A stretch of DNA of 64,000 nucleotides. It comes from Camelus dromedarius. Taxonomy: Eukaryota. Location of the stretch: assembly GCF_036321535.1 (NCBI RefSeq), contig NC_087472.1:103232001-103296000 (forward strand). Reading direction: 5' to 3'. Below, one piece after another: positions 1-13,565 of the stretch; positions within the stretch are counted from its first letter, which is position 1, and each line of letters opens with the position of its first letter. The notes below the pieces were generated by a model that saw only the letters and a program-made list of their open reading frames with translations, was not told the DNA's origin and made no database searches. A program made the position numbers and the translations under genes.

Positions 1-136
1 TTGTTGGTTGTCAAAACTAGAGGAGGGCGCTACTGACATCCAGTGAGTAGACGCCAGGCATGCAGCTAAACATGCCACAGCACAGAGAATTATCTGGCTC
101 CAAATGTCAAAATAATGTCAAAGTTGAGCAACCATG
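1..136 (+). mobile_element. MER20 (hAT-Charlie), partial
   Basis: GGTTGTCA...CTACTGACATCCAGTGAGTAGA...GAATTATCTGGCTCCAAATGTC. Confidence 0.75.
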
Positions 137-3100
137 ATCTCTTGCAAACTCAGAGTATTCTTTTTTTTTCTATTACTTTCTATAACATAGTACAATTTTC
201 ACCCTAGAGAGATCTGAACCCAACATTTTTATTTATTTTACTTAATATAAAGGAAGTTGTTCCTTAGAGAGGAACAAGAATTTTGTTTCAAAATCTAAAA
301 TAGGAAAGGCATTTGAACCAGTACAATATTTTAATATCACGATCTGATTAGAATGCAAACCAGAAACCCCTAGAACCACCCAGGTTCGGTTTTAAAGATT
401 GTCCCCTCTGAGACGCTGAGGCCGAGGCTGAGTATTGAAGTCACACCCTTCAAAACTGATTCATGAGGGTCTTCTGTGGAGACTAGGGGAGTGGGGATTA
501 ATGAGCAGACCCCCAAGAAGATGCCCTCTTTCACCCTTAGTCACCCCCCCCCCCACCTCAGACAGGGAGTGCCTGGATTCTCCTCTCACCCAGGCAGACA
601 CCAGCCCAAGGAAACCGGGCCTCTTCCTTCAGTTGCTCTTTTATGACCCTAACGCTCCTATCAATGTGTGCCCTTCAGTTCACAAGTTCAGCTTCCAGAA
701 GGTTTTCTTTCCCCCACCCACCTCCTCCTTTAGGGACCCAGACCAGCCCCCACTAGGGGGTCCTTGGTCACTGTGCCCATAGTGAAGCCAGCTTCTGCCC
801 AGGGCTTGTTGTGCTAAACATAAATTCACATTTCTGTTCTCTCCTCCCTTCCTCTTGCTCCATTTTAACAAAATAGAGTAAATGATTTCTTGATAGTTGC
901 TCATACTTTCCCTCAAAGTAAGAAGACGATTGAGTGTTCTGACTGACAGAGCCTGCATATTCAGTTTTTTCCTGTATGGGGAAAATGAAATAAACAGAGT
1001 GATTCTCTCAACCAGGGTTTAAGGGAGTGACACCACACGGTCATTGACAGAAGCCCTTCGGATGCCATGTGCTCAGGTTTAGTTCTTGTTTCTGTGACTG
1101 ATCCTGGCTTTGATTTGCTTTGTGCTTGTACCACCTATAGCTCCAGCCTCGGGGGAGGGGGGTTGTCCCTCTTTCAGCTCCATTCCTGCCTTAGCCCCTC
1201 CGTTCCTGCTCCTCCTCCTCAGAAATCAATTTCCCCTCACTCAGCTCAGGACTGGCTCCTATATTCTGGCTTGTCACCTCTTCAGCAAAAATGTCACTTC
1301 CTCACCTCTCAGACTATCTTGTATATGATCCCCTCTTATTTTTTCTTTAAATCACAGGATTCTAATATTTTCCTTTAAGAACATTTATTACATGGGTATA
1401 ATGATAATTATATGCACATATGCTTAATTAGCTGCCTCCCCCATGGCTCTTCATGCCCCATGATCTGAGCTGGCTTCCCATCATTGCCTGCGAGTGAATG
1501 TACAATATAAAGGGCATCCCTGGGAAGGGTTCCTTCTCCTTTTATCTTTATTTCCTATTACTCTGCTGATCACCACAGTGTTTCTTCCTTAAGGATCTTT
1601 CAGGTTTATCTTTTCTTCTCTGGCCCATGTCCACCAGCCTAGTTTAGGCCTCTTCATGGCAGATTTTATGCAAAGCCTCTTGGTTACTTCTTCTCTCTCA
1701 CTCCCCTCGACTGTGTGTCACCATCTGTCAGTTTTCCTAAACTGCCACCTTCATCATGTTGTTCTCATGTGAAAGACTACGTCATTTCTCCTCACTTGTC
1801 CCGAACTCTGGTGTTGTCATGCAATTCCAGAACCGTGCCAGGCTAATCCATTGGTCAGTCAGTGAGAGGTGCTGTAAATGTAAAGTATCCCCTGGGCTTT
1901 GAAGACATTACAAAATCATGTAAACTACCTCATTAATGATTTTTATATTGATTACATATTAAAGTGATAATATTTTGGAAATTGTGAGTTAAATTACTAT
2001 ACTTAATTTTACCTGTTTCATTATCCCTTTCTTAATGTGACTATTAGAAAATCTAGAATTATCTATGTGGCTCACATCAGTTATCTACTGGACATTGTTG
2101 CTCTATGCCCTCGTTAGCTTTTTCTCCTGTGCCTTGCCCTGTACTGTCCTTTTCCTTGAGATGTGCTATTTCCCCATCAAACTGAACACCATCCTAGCAG
2201 GCCTGGGGCTTAGCGCACTGACAGATACACAGGGACCCTCCATGTGACTTTGTTGAGGATGGTCACAGAATCACAAATTGCCTTGTTAAAGCATCAGGGC
2301 TGTAGATGGCACTTTGATGCTAACCACAGCATCATAGGCAGTTATCAGTGCAGGAGATTAAGGCCCACGTTTCCCGGTGGTCAGTTCAGAGCTATTTGTT
2401 AGTTCCTTATAGCTGCAGATACCCCTGAGGCCATTAGTATAACTCCAAAGGGCTCTTAATCAATGCACTGTTTCTCCAGATTATCTGAAAGTTAATGGAA
2501 GACAACATAGTCAGGGTATCCCAGCCTACATTATCTAGAGGTTAACAGAATTGTGTATAAAGACATTGGAAAACAAGCTTTTTAACAGTATTGTTCTCCA
2601 GGCTTTATTAGTGCTCTTAAAATTATCTGAAGAAATAATAGAACAACTTTTTAACACAGTTCAGTTATGATCCAGACCAGTCCGGTCAATTAGAACTTTC
2701 TCAGATGATGAAAATTTCCAATATGGTTAAGTGCCAGCCACATGAAATTTGAATACATTTGTATTCACATATAAATTCATACATGGAGCTAGTCACTACA
2801 TTTTATATAGTCCTATTCTATTCCGTGATGTCCTAAAAAGAAATGTTTCTCTTCCATTTAAAAGTAGGGATCAAGTACATTAAGAATCAATAGAATAATA
2901 ACAGTCTGTACCATTTCCATTTTAGATGATATTCTTTCTCTTTCATTAAATTAAAAATTAACATTATTAAGTTTATTTTCCTATAGTCTAACATCTCCGG
3001 CCTAAAACTTTTTATGTGACAAAAATTAGGCTAAATTTCACTAGGTGATACATGAAGTGAAACTGATTTTCTTTTCATCTTGGGTAACAGGTGCAGGCTT

Positions 3101-5170
3101 TTATCTTTATTTTATCATATTACCAGTCCCCAAAGTTAGGACTGTCAACGTTTACTGTCTGCACTTTGACATCAGAGCAAACAGCAGTTTGACGTGGCAC
3201 CAGTGATTACCCGGGTGGTGGGGAGTACAGGTCAGGCACAGGGCACGGGGCCCAGGGAAACGCCGCTTCTGAATTCGCCATCACCTCCTCCTTCAGTCAT
3301 TCCTTACTGTGCTTCACCCGATCCTAAAAATGGTCAGACATCTGAGGGAGGAGCTGAGCGTATGCCGATGGTAAAGATGGTGATGACGGTTAAGAGCTGT
3401 GGTACTAGAGGTAGCTGCCAATGCTGAGTCCCCACTGTGTGGCAGCCACTAGCTAAGGACTTTCCGCATTATCTTTTCTGACCCTCAACAACCTGGGGAC
3501 ATTCTTGGTCACAAGTATACACTGGGCCTTCTGCTGGGGTTCCTGGGCTTCTGGAAACAATGAGTATTGTCTTTACAGCTAAACAGATGAGGAACCAGGA
3601 TATCTAAACAGGACATGCTCAGGGGCCCAGGGCAGCAAACACCAAATATTCTCCTGGGTGAAACAGGGAGGGACAGTGTAAGCGCCAAAACCAAAATCAA
3701 ATCGTGACTGTCACCTGTCTGTCTTAGTAACCTGCAAACAAGAACATCTGATGTGGGAAATTAATCGAGGGAAGCCCCTCTTCCCTAAGCTGCTACCACT
3801 TGTTGATTTCGTCAGCACCAAAAGGAGCAAACTATTCTAAAGACATGAGCATATTGGATTTTAGACCCTTAACTTTCAACTTTCTGTTAAAAAAACCTTT
3901 CTGCTAGTAACTAAATAAATATGACTATTTTTTTCCATTCTAAAAGCCTTAGACCGCAAAGTGCCAGTGTTGAGAAGAAGCCAGTCCGGGTAGGATGTGG
4001 GCCTGCTGGTAGGAAGCCACACCCAGCAACCAGAAATTTATTATGACTCAGGCCAGTTCAGTTTAATAAAAACACAGTCAATACTGGAGAAAACAAAATA
4101 AATTTACAAAAAATATATTTATGAAGCGGTTTCAAGACAATGGATTTAGCTAGATTAGCATTACTAGTAATTCCTTTTCATGCGCAAATAGGGTCAAAGA
4201 GAGGAAACCCAGGGAGGAAAAGCTGAAAACCTAGAATCCTGAAGCAAACCAACATTTGGAAACTGTGTGAATTCACTGTGAATGGTGGAACATAAATAAA
4301 ATAACTAACTACGAAATATACTTAACCGTTTCATTAAACTCATGTCTCCACCAACACACACATTATCCTCCCCTGTCATCTCAGTGGCTCTGCACCAGGG
4401 TTATTTTTCCCCCAGGGTTCACTGAGGGAGGTCTTGAGACATTTAGGGATGCCACGCAACATGCACGGTGCACAGCACAGCCCCCGACAGCACAGAATGA
4501 CCCACCCCCGTGGCAGCAGCGCCGCGGTTTCAGGGAAGACCATCTGCTGCCTCACTTGATCTGCTGTAAACACAGCAGATCACACACTCGGTACGCTGAT
4601 CAGATGGAAGTCACTCTGCTGCAGTTTGTAATAAGGAATGGAATATTCCAGAGTGTGAAGCTGCTGAACTGCTTGCGAACAATCACATGCAACTTCCAGA
4701 ATGTTCAGATTCACAGAAATAATTCGCAGTCTGTGCATCAACCTTAGTTCAAAGACAGTTGCTAACGAGAAACGATAAAGAACGGGTTCCAAAGTGTTTG
4801 AAACTGGGACATCTCCCTTGGCCTAATTCTGCATGACATCCCTTTAACAAGTTAAAACTGGTCAAGAAAAGGACTTTCCAAGCCTTACTGTAGTCATTAT
4901 TTTGCAGTACGTGTGTATCAAATCATCACGATGTCCACCATAGACTTACACAATGTCATATGTCAGTTATATCTCAATGAAGCTAGGAAAAGAAAGAGCT
5001 TTCCAAGTTTGTTTTAGAAGACAAATAGAGAAATAATGAGTTATTCTCAGTTCTCGAGGCATCTGATCCCAGTCTGGAATGCCACCGACACCAGCGCTGC
5101 CAACACCCAACACACGTGACTGGTGGGAAACAACCAGCCTTCCCCTCTCTCAAGGCAGCCGCGTACTCAC

Positions 5171-5312
5171 AGGCTCGGTTCCGGGTTTTGTAAGTGCAGG
5201 TGTAGAGGCTGCAGGGCCTCACCGGCATGGACCTCGGAATCTGGATCCCTCTCCACAGTGACTTGCATGGGGAGGCCTGAAGAATGGCCCTCAGGCGGCT
5301 CATCATCACCAT
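5171..5312 (-). CDS. CA5B: Carbonic anhydrase 5B (mitochondrial), first coding exon (exon 2 spans 5365..5171, with 53 nt of 5'UTR)
   Basis: Translates to MVMMSRLRAILQASPCKSLWRGIQIPRSMPVRPCSLYTCTYKTRNRA, matching the recalled CA5B N-terminus/transit peptide. Polypyrimidine tract and AG acceptor at 5367-5366; GTGAGT donor at 5170-5165. Later exons were not seen and presumably lie left of the window. Confidence 0.95.
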
Positions 5313-6934
5313 CTTTAGCTTGAAATCCTGACCAGCTCCCAAAGAACTTGCAGGGACCTAATAACCTAGAGGCAAAAGGAGGACAGAGGAGGAAAAGCCT
5401 TAAACAACAGAGGTGGCCGATCAGACATCACTCAGATTATTAGGAGTGGGGCTGGAGGGAAGGCAAATGAGAATCAATGACGTATCCACTCTTGTTCTTC
5501 ACTGGTCACCCCTGGACAGAATGGCTTGCTTCCCCTGCATGCACTTCACGCTCCTGTCTGCACACCAGCCAGGGGCACTTATTTCTCCCAACTCCCCAAG
5601 CTCCCTCCAGCTGGTGCAGATGCTCCTCCCTCCCTGAACCACTCTTCCTTCATCTGTGCCTGGTTAATTCCTACCCTGTCTTCAGGCGATCCACTCCAGG
5701 GTCATGTACTCAAAGCCCGCCCCACCGTGCACTCACCTGGTGAGCCCAGCACTCTCTTCTTGGTCATGGGGCGTATTGCTGTTGAATTAAATAACGGATC
5801 ATGAACGTACTTGATGCCTCCATCCCCCCAGCATCGAAGCCCCACGGTGGTAGGGACAGTGTCTGTCTGTCATGGCTGCATCTCTTAGGGACACGGTGCC
5901 TGGCATGTGGCTGCTTGATGAGTCTTAGTGGAATGCCCCGAGGAGGCTTCCTTGGTGATGGAGATGTTGATCCTAATTTTAAGAACCCAGAACTGTGAAG
6001 TTACCGCTAGCGTGTTCTCAGACGGTATTAAGGGGTTTTCCCTTCCTGCATGCCACCATCAGTCATTTGTAGGGCTTTTTATACTTCTGAAACACTTTTA
6101 AATGCTAGTCCTGTAAGAAGTGGGTCTCATCTAAGACCTGAAGGACCCCGGAAGTCCTGCATGATCTGAAAGAGAAACCTACTCGAATATGAACCTAACT
6201 TAGCCTCACAGGTTGGGAATTCTGCCAGTGAACATTTTCATTTCAACATTTATCGTCATTTCCTTTGCTCCAGGACCCAAAGTTGAACAAGGCATGAATT
6301 CTACCTTTCAGATGTACAATTTCTCCTCTTGGGAGTGTCTTGAGATGCGTATCATACCGGAAGGAAAACAGACACCAGTCCAGGTCTGAGCAGATTCTGC
6401 CTTCCGCCTATTGGAGGCCTCTCGATAGTTTAGCAATGCCAGGGAGAGGACAGGTGCTAAAACGCACAAGAAGAGAAACGGGGGGCGCGGGGGGGGGGCA
6501 CTGAAGACACGTCACTTACAAACTTGACTTAATCTCTTCATACCACCTTTCCAAGAAGGGTATTCAATACAAAAAAGCACATTATGGACACAGTGATGCT
6601 GAGCAAGGAGGCACATGTGCTCATTTCATCGTCTCTCTCTTCCTGTTCCTCACTGCTGTTCACTGGCCGTGAACTAGCTTTTCTCCCTGTACTGCTGCCC
6701 TCGACCCCACTAGCTCTGAGCTGGAGGGAAGAAGGCTACACTCAAGGGAAATGAGAGAAAACCACACCTGAGGTGTGTCCAATGGAAGCAGGAAGCAGAG
6801 TTGCTGTCACTACCCTGCAAGGCACAAGTGAGGGCTCCAGGCAGATCTCTATATAACTGGCTCCCCACGAGCCATGTGCCCAGATTAGTGTGGAGCCAGG
6901 AAAGTCAGTGAGGAGGCAATTCCTTCAACCACCT

Positions 6935-8460
6935 TTCATTCAATTCATCACCCTTTTATTCTTTCCTTCATCAGGACATCAATAAAGTATCTATTAAATG
7001 CTAGGCCCTGTCCTAGGCTCATGAGGGGAATAAAACAAAGTCCTCCCCCCTTGTAGAGTTTACATTCTAGTATGTAGAGATAAACAACAAACAGCAAGCA
7101 TATAAATGAGTCAATTATACAGAAAATTAGAATCAGTTCAGTGAAAAGTAGAACAGGGTAATGTGACTCTGGAGTGTTGTACCTTTGACAAGGTGCTCAG
7201 GGTAGGCCTCAGACAGAAGGGGAAATTGAAGAACAGCCTTGAAGGAGGTGAAAGAATTAGTCATGTGGCTATCTAGAGGAAGAGCATATATATAAAAATA
7301 CGAATATATAATAGTGCAGAGACTGTGGGGTGGGAGAGTGTCTGGCACATGAAAGGGACAGTAGGGAGGCCACTATGGCAGGAGTGGAGGGAACCAGGAG
7401 GAGGGGAGTGGGAGACAAGGTCCAGAGGTAATGGAAGCAGACCAAGTGGACCTCTAGGCCGTTATAAAGGTTCTTCTTCAACCACGGCATTGTTGACATT
7501 TTTGACCAGATAACTCTTGTCAAGGACTGGTCTTTGTACTGTAGGGCGTTTAGTAGCATCCCTGGTCTCTACCTACTAGATGCCAGTGGAACCGTCCCTC
7601 GAATTGTGACAACCCAAAATGTCTCCAGACACTGCAGGTGTCCCTTTGAGAAAGAGGATTACCTCTGGTTAGGAACCAGTGCTATAAGTAAAAAGGGGAC
7701 ACGATAGAGTTTTTGGAGTAGAGGAGGAACATAATGTGATTTATATTTTAAAAGATTATTCATGGTGCTGTATTGGAAATCGACTGGGATGGGAGGCAGA
7801 AAAGCAGGGAGCCCATTCAGGACAATCCAGGGGCTGGAACTTCCTAGTCACAGTGGAGGTGGTGAGAGGTGGTTGAGTACTGAATATATCTTGGAGATAC
7901 AGCTCATAAGATGTGAAAGAAAGGACTGGAGGATGACTGGAAGATTCTTGGCTTAAACAACTGGAAGGATGGAGCTGCCATGAACTGAGATGGGGAAGGC
8001 TGTGTGTGGAAAGGTTTTGAGTGGGAAATCAGTGGCTCAGATTTGGGCATGTGGAGTTTGAAATGAAATTCCAATAATCCAAGTGAGAGAATATGGTAGA
8101 ATATTCTATTTTGTGGTAGAAAGAGGATGACTTCTTCAATAAAGAAACAGAACCCTGCACGGGGAGCAGGTGGGGAAGGGAGGATGGCACTCTTACTGCT
8201 AATCCTATTGGATTTGAGGTGCCAAGGGGGCAGGCGAGAGGAAAGGTCTAGGAGAGTTGGCAATGCGGCTCTGGTGCTCAGGAGAGGTCGTGAGTCTAGA
8301 GAGAAGGAAAATCCCCTCCCCCAGGAGTAAGAGGTGTATAGAGGGAGACTACCATGGAGTGATGAAGGAGGCCAAGAGACGGAGAAGGAAGAGTGAAAGG
8401 CAATCATGGGAGGAACGGAGCACGAAAGGTCAGGGGCAAGGAGGGTTCCAGGGAAATCCT
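6935..8460 (-). mobile_element. L2 LINE relic, interrupted by a MER20
   Basis: CATTCA-type tail followed by the purine-rich antisense L2 body. Confidence 0.65.
7468..7681 (-). mobile_element. MER20
   Basis: Matches the reverse complement of the recalled MER20 consensus. Confidence 0.75.
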
Positions 8461-10359
8461 AATAGAAAGAAAAGGAATTTAGCTAATTCTAGGCTGCAAC
8501 ACCTGTAACAACACATAAGATTATTTATGTCTAGGTATATGCTTCAGGAAGGAAGATCTTTATCAGAAAAATGTTTATGAATTTGCACCTGGACTATAAA
8601 TTGCAAAATTTAGCATTAAAAATATACTATCACTATTTAATGGGCTCCAAGTGAGTCCTGGAATGTATAAATGCAGAATGCACTTTCTCAGTAAGTTACA
8701 TTTTGTACTACAGAGACAGCAAAGATGTGACCATGAGCTGGATGGGTCCCAGGGAAGGTAAACTTTCTGTACTATACATACTTTACTATCACTGATTATT
8801 TACGTTAAGCTCTTGGATTTTACTTACACCTTCCTTATCTGCTGTTTTGCAGACAGGAATGTGTAAATAAAGAATAGATTCTGAAAGCCTTTTAAAATCA
8901 TTTGTAGATCATGTATTTATTAAATGCCTTAGCTCTTGAACTCTGCCTGATTAAGCGACTCATACTTATGCAAAACATCAACACTCTACTAAAGGTTACA
9001 ATTACATTGGAAAAAAAATTCCTTGATTTTTATCAGATTGACTCTTCACTTTCTTATCTTCTGATTTAGAAAGGAAGGCAGCTTTCTGCAATTCTCTGAA
9101 ATTTAAATGCAAAGTTATGGTTCTTTACCTTGACTGAGAAAGTTCAGCTTCCTCCTCTCACCCACTTCTCTGAGAGTATGATCCCAATCTAGGGTTGCCA
9201 AACACTACATTTCTATAACTGCTTAAAATGCTGCAACTAACTGCCCAAGGGGAATGACATGAAATGCTGTTTCCCTCTTTGCATCAGATTCCCTCAATAT
9301 TCACATTCAGTCAGAATTCACTGAATTTTTATTGTGTACCAACTGAGTCGTGGCAGCTTTTTGCCTGGCTCCAGGGACAACAGAGCAGGTGTGTACAGTA
9401 ACAGAAATGGTGCCCTTGCTGCTTTTGGCCTTTAGGTGAATTTCAGACCTGGTATTGAGTTTACAATTTCTGACTAAAGGAGGAAAACCTTAGAAAGTTG
9501 AAAAGTTTTCACTTCCAAAATACTCAGAACAGTATAGCTCTTTATCAGGGCCCTCCTTAGAGTGAATGGGGTGAAATTTGGTTCACTGTAGACTGCAATG
9601 CAGGTTGAGAACAGAGACCGTTCTGAGGAATGTGCAGGGGCAGCTTATGGGTAGGGTGTGGGGCAGCTTCTCTCGCCAGATTTCTGATTTCTTTCTATAT
9701 TGCAGCAACTTATAAATAGCAGAGTGGAGATGGCCAGACTGTCAGCAAAGGAAGAAGGGGAAGCTGAAAGCAATGTCTTTTTCAATTGCTGACACAATTC
9801 CATCCCAAATAAGGTGTACACATTTTCGGTATCTCCATATTTCTCAAGGTTTCTCAGCAAAAATCAACGAGGGAATTACAATAACAACAACGATTTTCCA
9901 GCATCCTCAGAGCAGTAGCTTTTAACTCATGCCACAAAGAATCAGCCACCGACACTTGGTATTTTATAAGTTCTTCCCCTCTAGCTCCGGGGCGAGGCAC
10001 ACACACAAAAAGGACAGAAGAAAGAATTGAGGGGTTTAAAGGTTCATATTTGTTCACATGACAGCTGCTGATCTTCTGCCCTGGCAGTACTTGTAAATCC
10101 GTCCAGAGACCTTGGCATAGTCGCGGAGGAGATCGACAAGGCAATGTAAGTGAATCCCAGCTTGCTGTGCCTGGGTTTCTGAAACTGCAATCCCCTCACT
10201 TCCCAAACTCTCTGGAACAATTGTTCTATCTTTAAATCTTAAACAAAACCCTAAGAGGGTGTAGTTTTCTGGTGAACCCCATAGTCGAGGAACAGGATTA
10301 GAGTAGGGGAGGGACAATTCCCAGCCTCCTCCCCCCACCTCATCCTATAAAGAAGCCCC

Positions 10360-11720
10360 GCTGGGACTGCGGCCATCCTCGCGGGGCCAACAGCTGTCCC
10401 GGCTCCGGGGCCCGCCGCAGCGCGTGGTCGTTTGTAGGAGAGGGTCCCAGTTCTCTCTGATGGACTACGACCCCCTGCTGCCCACGCTCCACGTCGCCAC
10501 TCAACCTTACCAGAACGTTTCCCTGAGCGCGAACCCGACTGTTCGCCACCGGGATGGGAAGCTCATGCGCGCGGCCATCTTGGCCACGCCCCTTCGCGCC
10601 TGGCTACGCCCCTTCGCGCCTCGCCACGCTCCTCACGCCGGACACGTCATTTCGCTTATTCACGTCACGCCGCCGTACTCCCGGCCCACGTCCCGCAAAG
10701 CCTGAAGTCCTGTCCTGACGGTACAGGTGTCAGAGTCCGAACTTCTCCGCCCAGCCAGGACCCAGGTCTACACCTGCCCTCCGCCATGACTGCGCCTTTA
10801 CTGCCATTGCTCCGGGCCCCCAGCCGCGGTCACGCGCCTACGCGCTATGTTGGCCCCGCCCCTGGCCTCCGCCTGGGCCCACCCCTCCTTGGAGCTGGAC
10901 CATTGTCGCGCCCTTAAGAGCGGCAAAGTTACGCCCCCACGTTCACGGTACGTCGTTATGCTGCGCCTAGATCAGGGCCCGCCTTTCTATTACGTCATTG
11001 CGTCCCGTACGTTTCTCCGTGGCCCCGTCTCCCCGTCTCCCCATCGGTGGCCACGCCCCGGTGCTCTGCCCAGTCCACGCGACTGATGCGAATCCTTTCA
11101 CATTCCTCTAATCCTTCGGGCCACGCTTATTGCGCTGACCCCACACCCCTCCATTGTGCCCATATCTCTGCTTTCCACTCTGGTAATTCCTCTGCCCTCT
11201 GCCTGAGGGCAAAATCTCGACTAACTCTTTCATGCCGTTTTGAGCCGCTACGCCTTACCCTTTATGCCCCAAGTCCCACATTTTCAGGTCACGCCTCTGG
11301 GCTACTCCTAAGCCACGCCCCTTCTGACGTGGCTGGCGCTGGCGCTCGCGCTCCTTCCCACGGTGTCCAGACCCTGCCCCTCAGGCCCGGGTCACGTTCC
11401 TTCCCTTCTGAGATCCTCATTGGCCACACTCCGCACATGCGCATTTTCTCCATCCGTCATGGCCCCTCCCTAGATTCCCAGGCCACCCACTTCTGGTTCC
11501 GCTCTGGCCGAGTACACGCCTCTTGTTTTCCCTCTGTTGGCGATGTCTAGTCCTGGAAAGCCACGGGGTAGCGGGCGAATTTTCGGAAGTAATGGCCAAG
11601 GTCTCAGAGCTAGAAGTCCGTGGCATTTATAGAGTGAAAGGAACCTACAGATCTCCGAGACTCGCCTAAAAATGGCCTTAGATTTTAAAAGTATTATCTT
11701 TCCGAGTATCAAACGCCGCA
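10360..11720. promoter_or_regulatory. CpG island / CA5B promoter, possibly bidirectional
   Basis: Dense CpGs, repeated GCCACGCCCC (KLF/SP) boxes, CACGTCA CRE-like sites at about 10643 and 10661, and a YY1 motif. Confidence 0.9.
10511..10600 (-). other. CA5B: Predicted first exon of CA5B (TSS position uncertain)
   Basis: CTG|GTAAGG donor on the minus strand at 10510 inside the CpG island. YY1-type AAGATGGCCGC motif at about 10571-10581, with GC/KLF boxes immediately upstream. Confidence 0.65.
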
Positions 11721-12284
11721 ACTCTCAAGAGCAGAAACCGGATAGAAAACATAACTGAGGACCATCTGGAACTGTGTTCATACCAGCCCCCTATCCGAGT
11801 TTAAATGCTAACCAGCTGCATGGAGTAAGCACACTTCTTTACTTCCTGATGTCTCCTTCGGATGACTTTTCCTAAACACCTAGTGCCCTCCTGCTGTCTA
11901 GGGCCTGTGGAGACAACACCACTCCGAGATTAATCTTTACTCTCTCTATTTACAATTCTCGGTTCACAAGAAAAAAGTGAAGAGGTTATTACCAACTTTC
12001 TTTAAAAATCCTGTCTAGTAATCTCTGAATGGGGAAGGGCTGAAGAGGAAGGGCACTTTCCATCAGCCATACAGTTATTCATTCATTTAAATCTTACTTG
12101 TGCAATACTATGTTTCAGTCACAAGACAAATTGCAAGGAGCTTGTAGCCTGAAGTTCCTCAACTTGGGCTTGGATAGGACAAGAAATGATTAGTAAATTA
12201 GGGAAGATGTGGTAAGGGGGCTTATTATAGGTGGACAAGGTATAAGCACTCGGTAAGTGCTGGTCTCTCTCTTTTCAATATATG

Positions 12285-13015
12285 TATATTTTTTCCAAAT
12301 TGAAGTATAGTTGATGTACAATATTATATAAATTACAAGTGTGCAATATGGCGATTCATATTTTTAAAGGTTACACTCCATAGTTGTTATAAAATATTGG
12401 CTATATTCCCCGTGTTGTACAGTATATCCTTGTAGCTTATTTTATACATATTAGTTTGTACCGCTTGTCCTCACCCCAATATTACCCCTCTGCCTTCCCT
12501 CTCCCCACTGGTAACCACTAGGTCTCTTTGTTTTTTAAGTTGAGGTGTGTAATTGATATATAACATTATATTAGTTTCAGGTGTACAACATAATGATTCA
12601 ATACTTATATATATTGTGAAATAATCACCACAATAAATCTAGTTAACACCTAGCATCACAGATATTTACAAATTATTTTTCTTGTGATGAGATCTTTTAA
12701 GATTTACTCTCTTTGCAACTTTCAAATATACAACACAGTATTAAGTGTAATCACCATTCTGTATACTACATCCCCATGACTTATTTGTTTTATAATTGGA
12801 AATTTGTGCCTTTTGACCACTTTCATCCATTTCACCCACCCCCACCCCCTTCCCCTGCCTCTGACAACCACCAGTCTGTTCTCAGTATCCTTGAGTCGGT
12901 TTTTTGGTTTTGTTTGTGTGTTTTTCAGATTCCACATGTTAAGTGAGATCATACGGTATTTGTCTTTCTCTGTGTGACTCATTTCACTTAGCATAATGCC
13001 TTCCAGGTTCATGTT
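12285..13015 (-). mobile_element. Two adjacent L1 3'-end fragments
   Basis: Two TTGA(A/G)GT.T...TTGAT.TA.A termini (about 12300 and 12540). Minus ORF NLEGIMLSEMSHTEKDKY resembles the L1 region near the end of ORF2. Confidence 0.8.
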
Positions 13016-13514
13016 TGTTTTTGAGAAGCACAGTTTTTCTTGATTTTTAGTCCCAAGGGGAAATCCTGATCATGATGATACTATGAACTAAGGAGGAAGC
13101 AAATGTCATAAAGAATTTCATAAAGATCCCCTCAACATAAACCGTTGCCACAATCACAAAGCACAGAGCACTAAATCAATTCTGTGAACCACCCAAAATC
13201 TCCTATTCATTTGAGATCACAGGCCGTCAGTGGTATAGCTTTATTCAGGTCAGCATTTAGATCATCATTCCCCATGATGGCAAGTAAATTTCAACTCACA
13301 TATCAACTGACTGAATAACCAAATTGGGAAGTTTTGTGACTGAGTCCAGGCTCAGGAGGAAAATGTTCTGTAATAGATTGATAGAGTCTGTTGTGGATGG
13401 AGGATGGATGAGTAGTTGGAGCAACCTATCTGGCATCCCTGATTTGTAGTAATACAGGTCTGACATGCACATCTTTTAGGCAGTCCTCAGAAACATTTCT
13501 CACTATAAGTTTTT

Positions 13515-13565
13515 TTTTTTTAACATTTTTTATTGATTTATAATCATTTTACAATGTTGTGTCAA
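13515..13565 (-). mobile_element. Ultra-short L1 3'-end insertion with 15-bp TSD
   Basis: TCACTATAAGTTTTT at 13500-13514 and 13566-13580 flanks poly-T plus an L1 3' terminus. Confidence 0.85.

Noticed and set aside
7904..8508. 167-aa and neighbouring ORFs
   Set aside because: They lie within an L2 relic and have low-complexity composition.
10424..11721. ORFs of 69-167 aa in the CA5B CpG island
   Set aside because: Expected in GC-rich promoter DNA; no recognisable homology.
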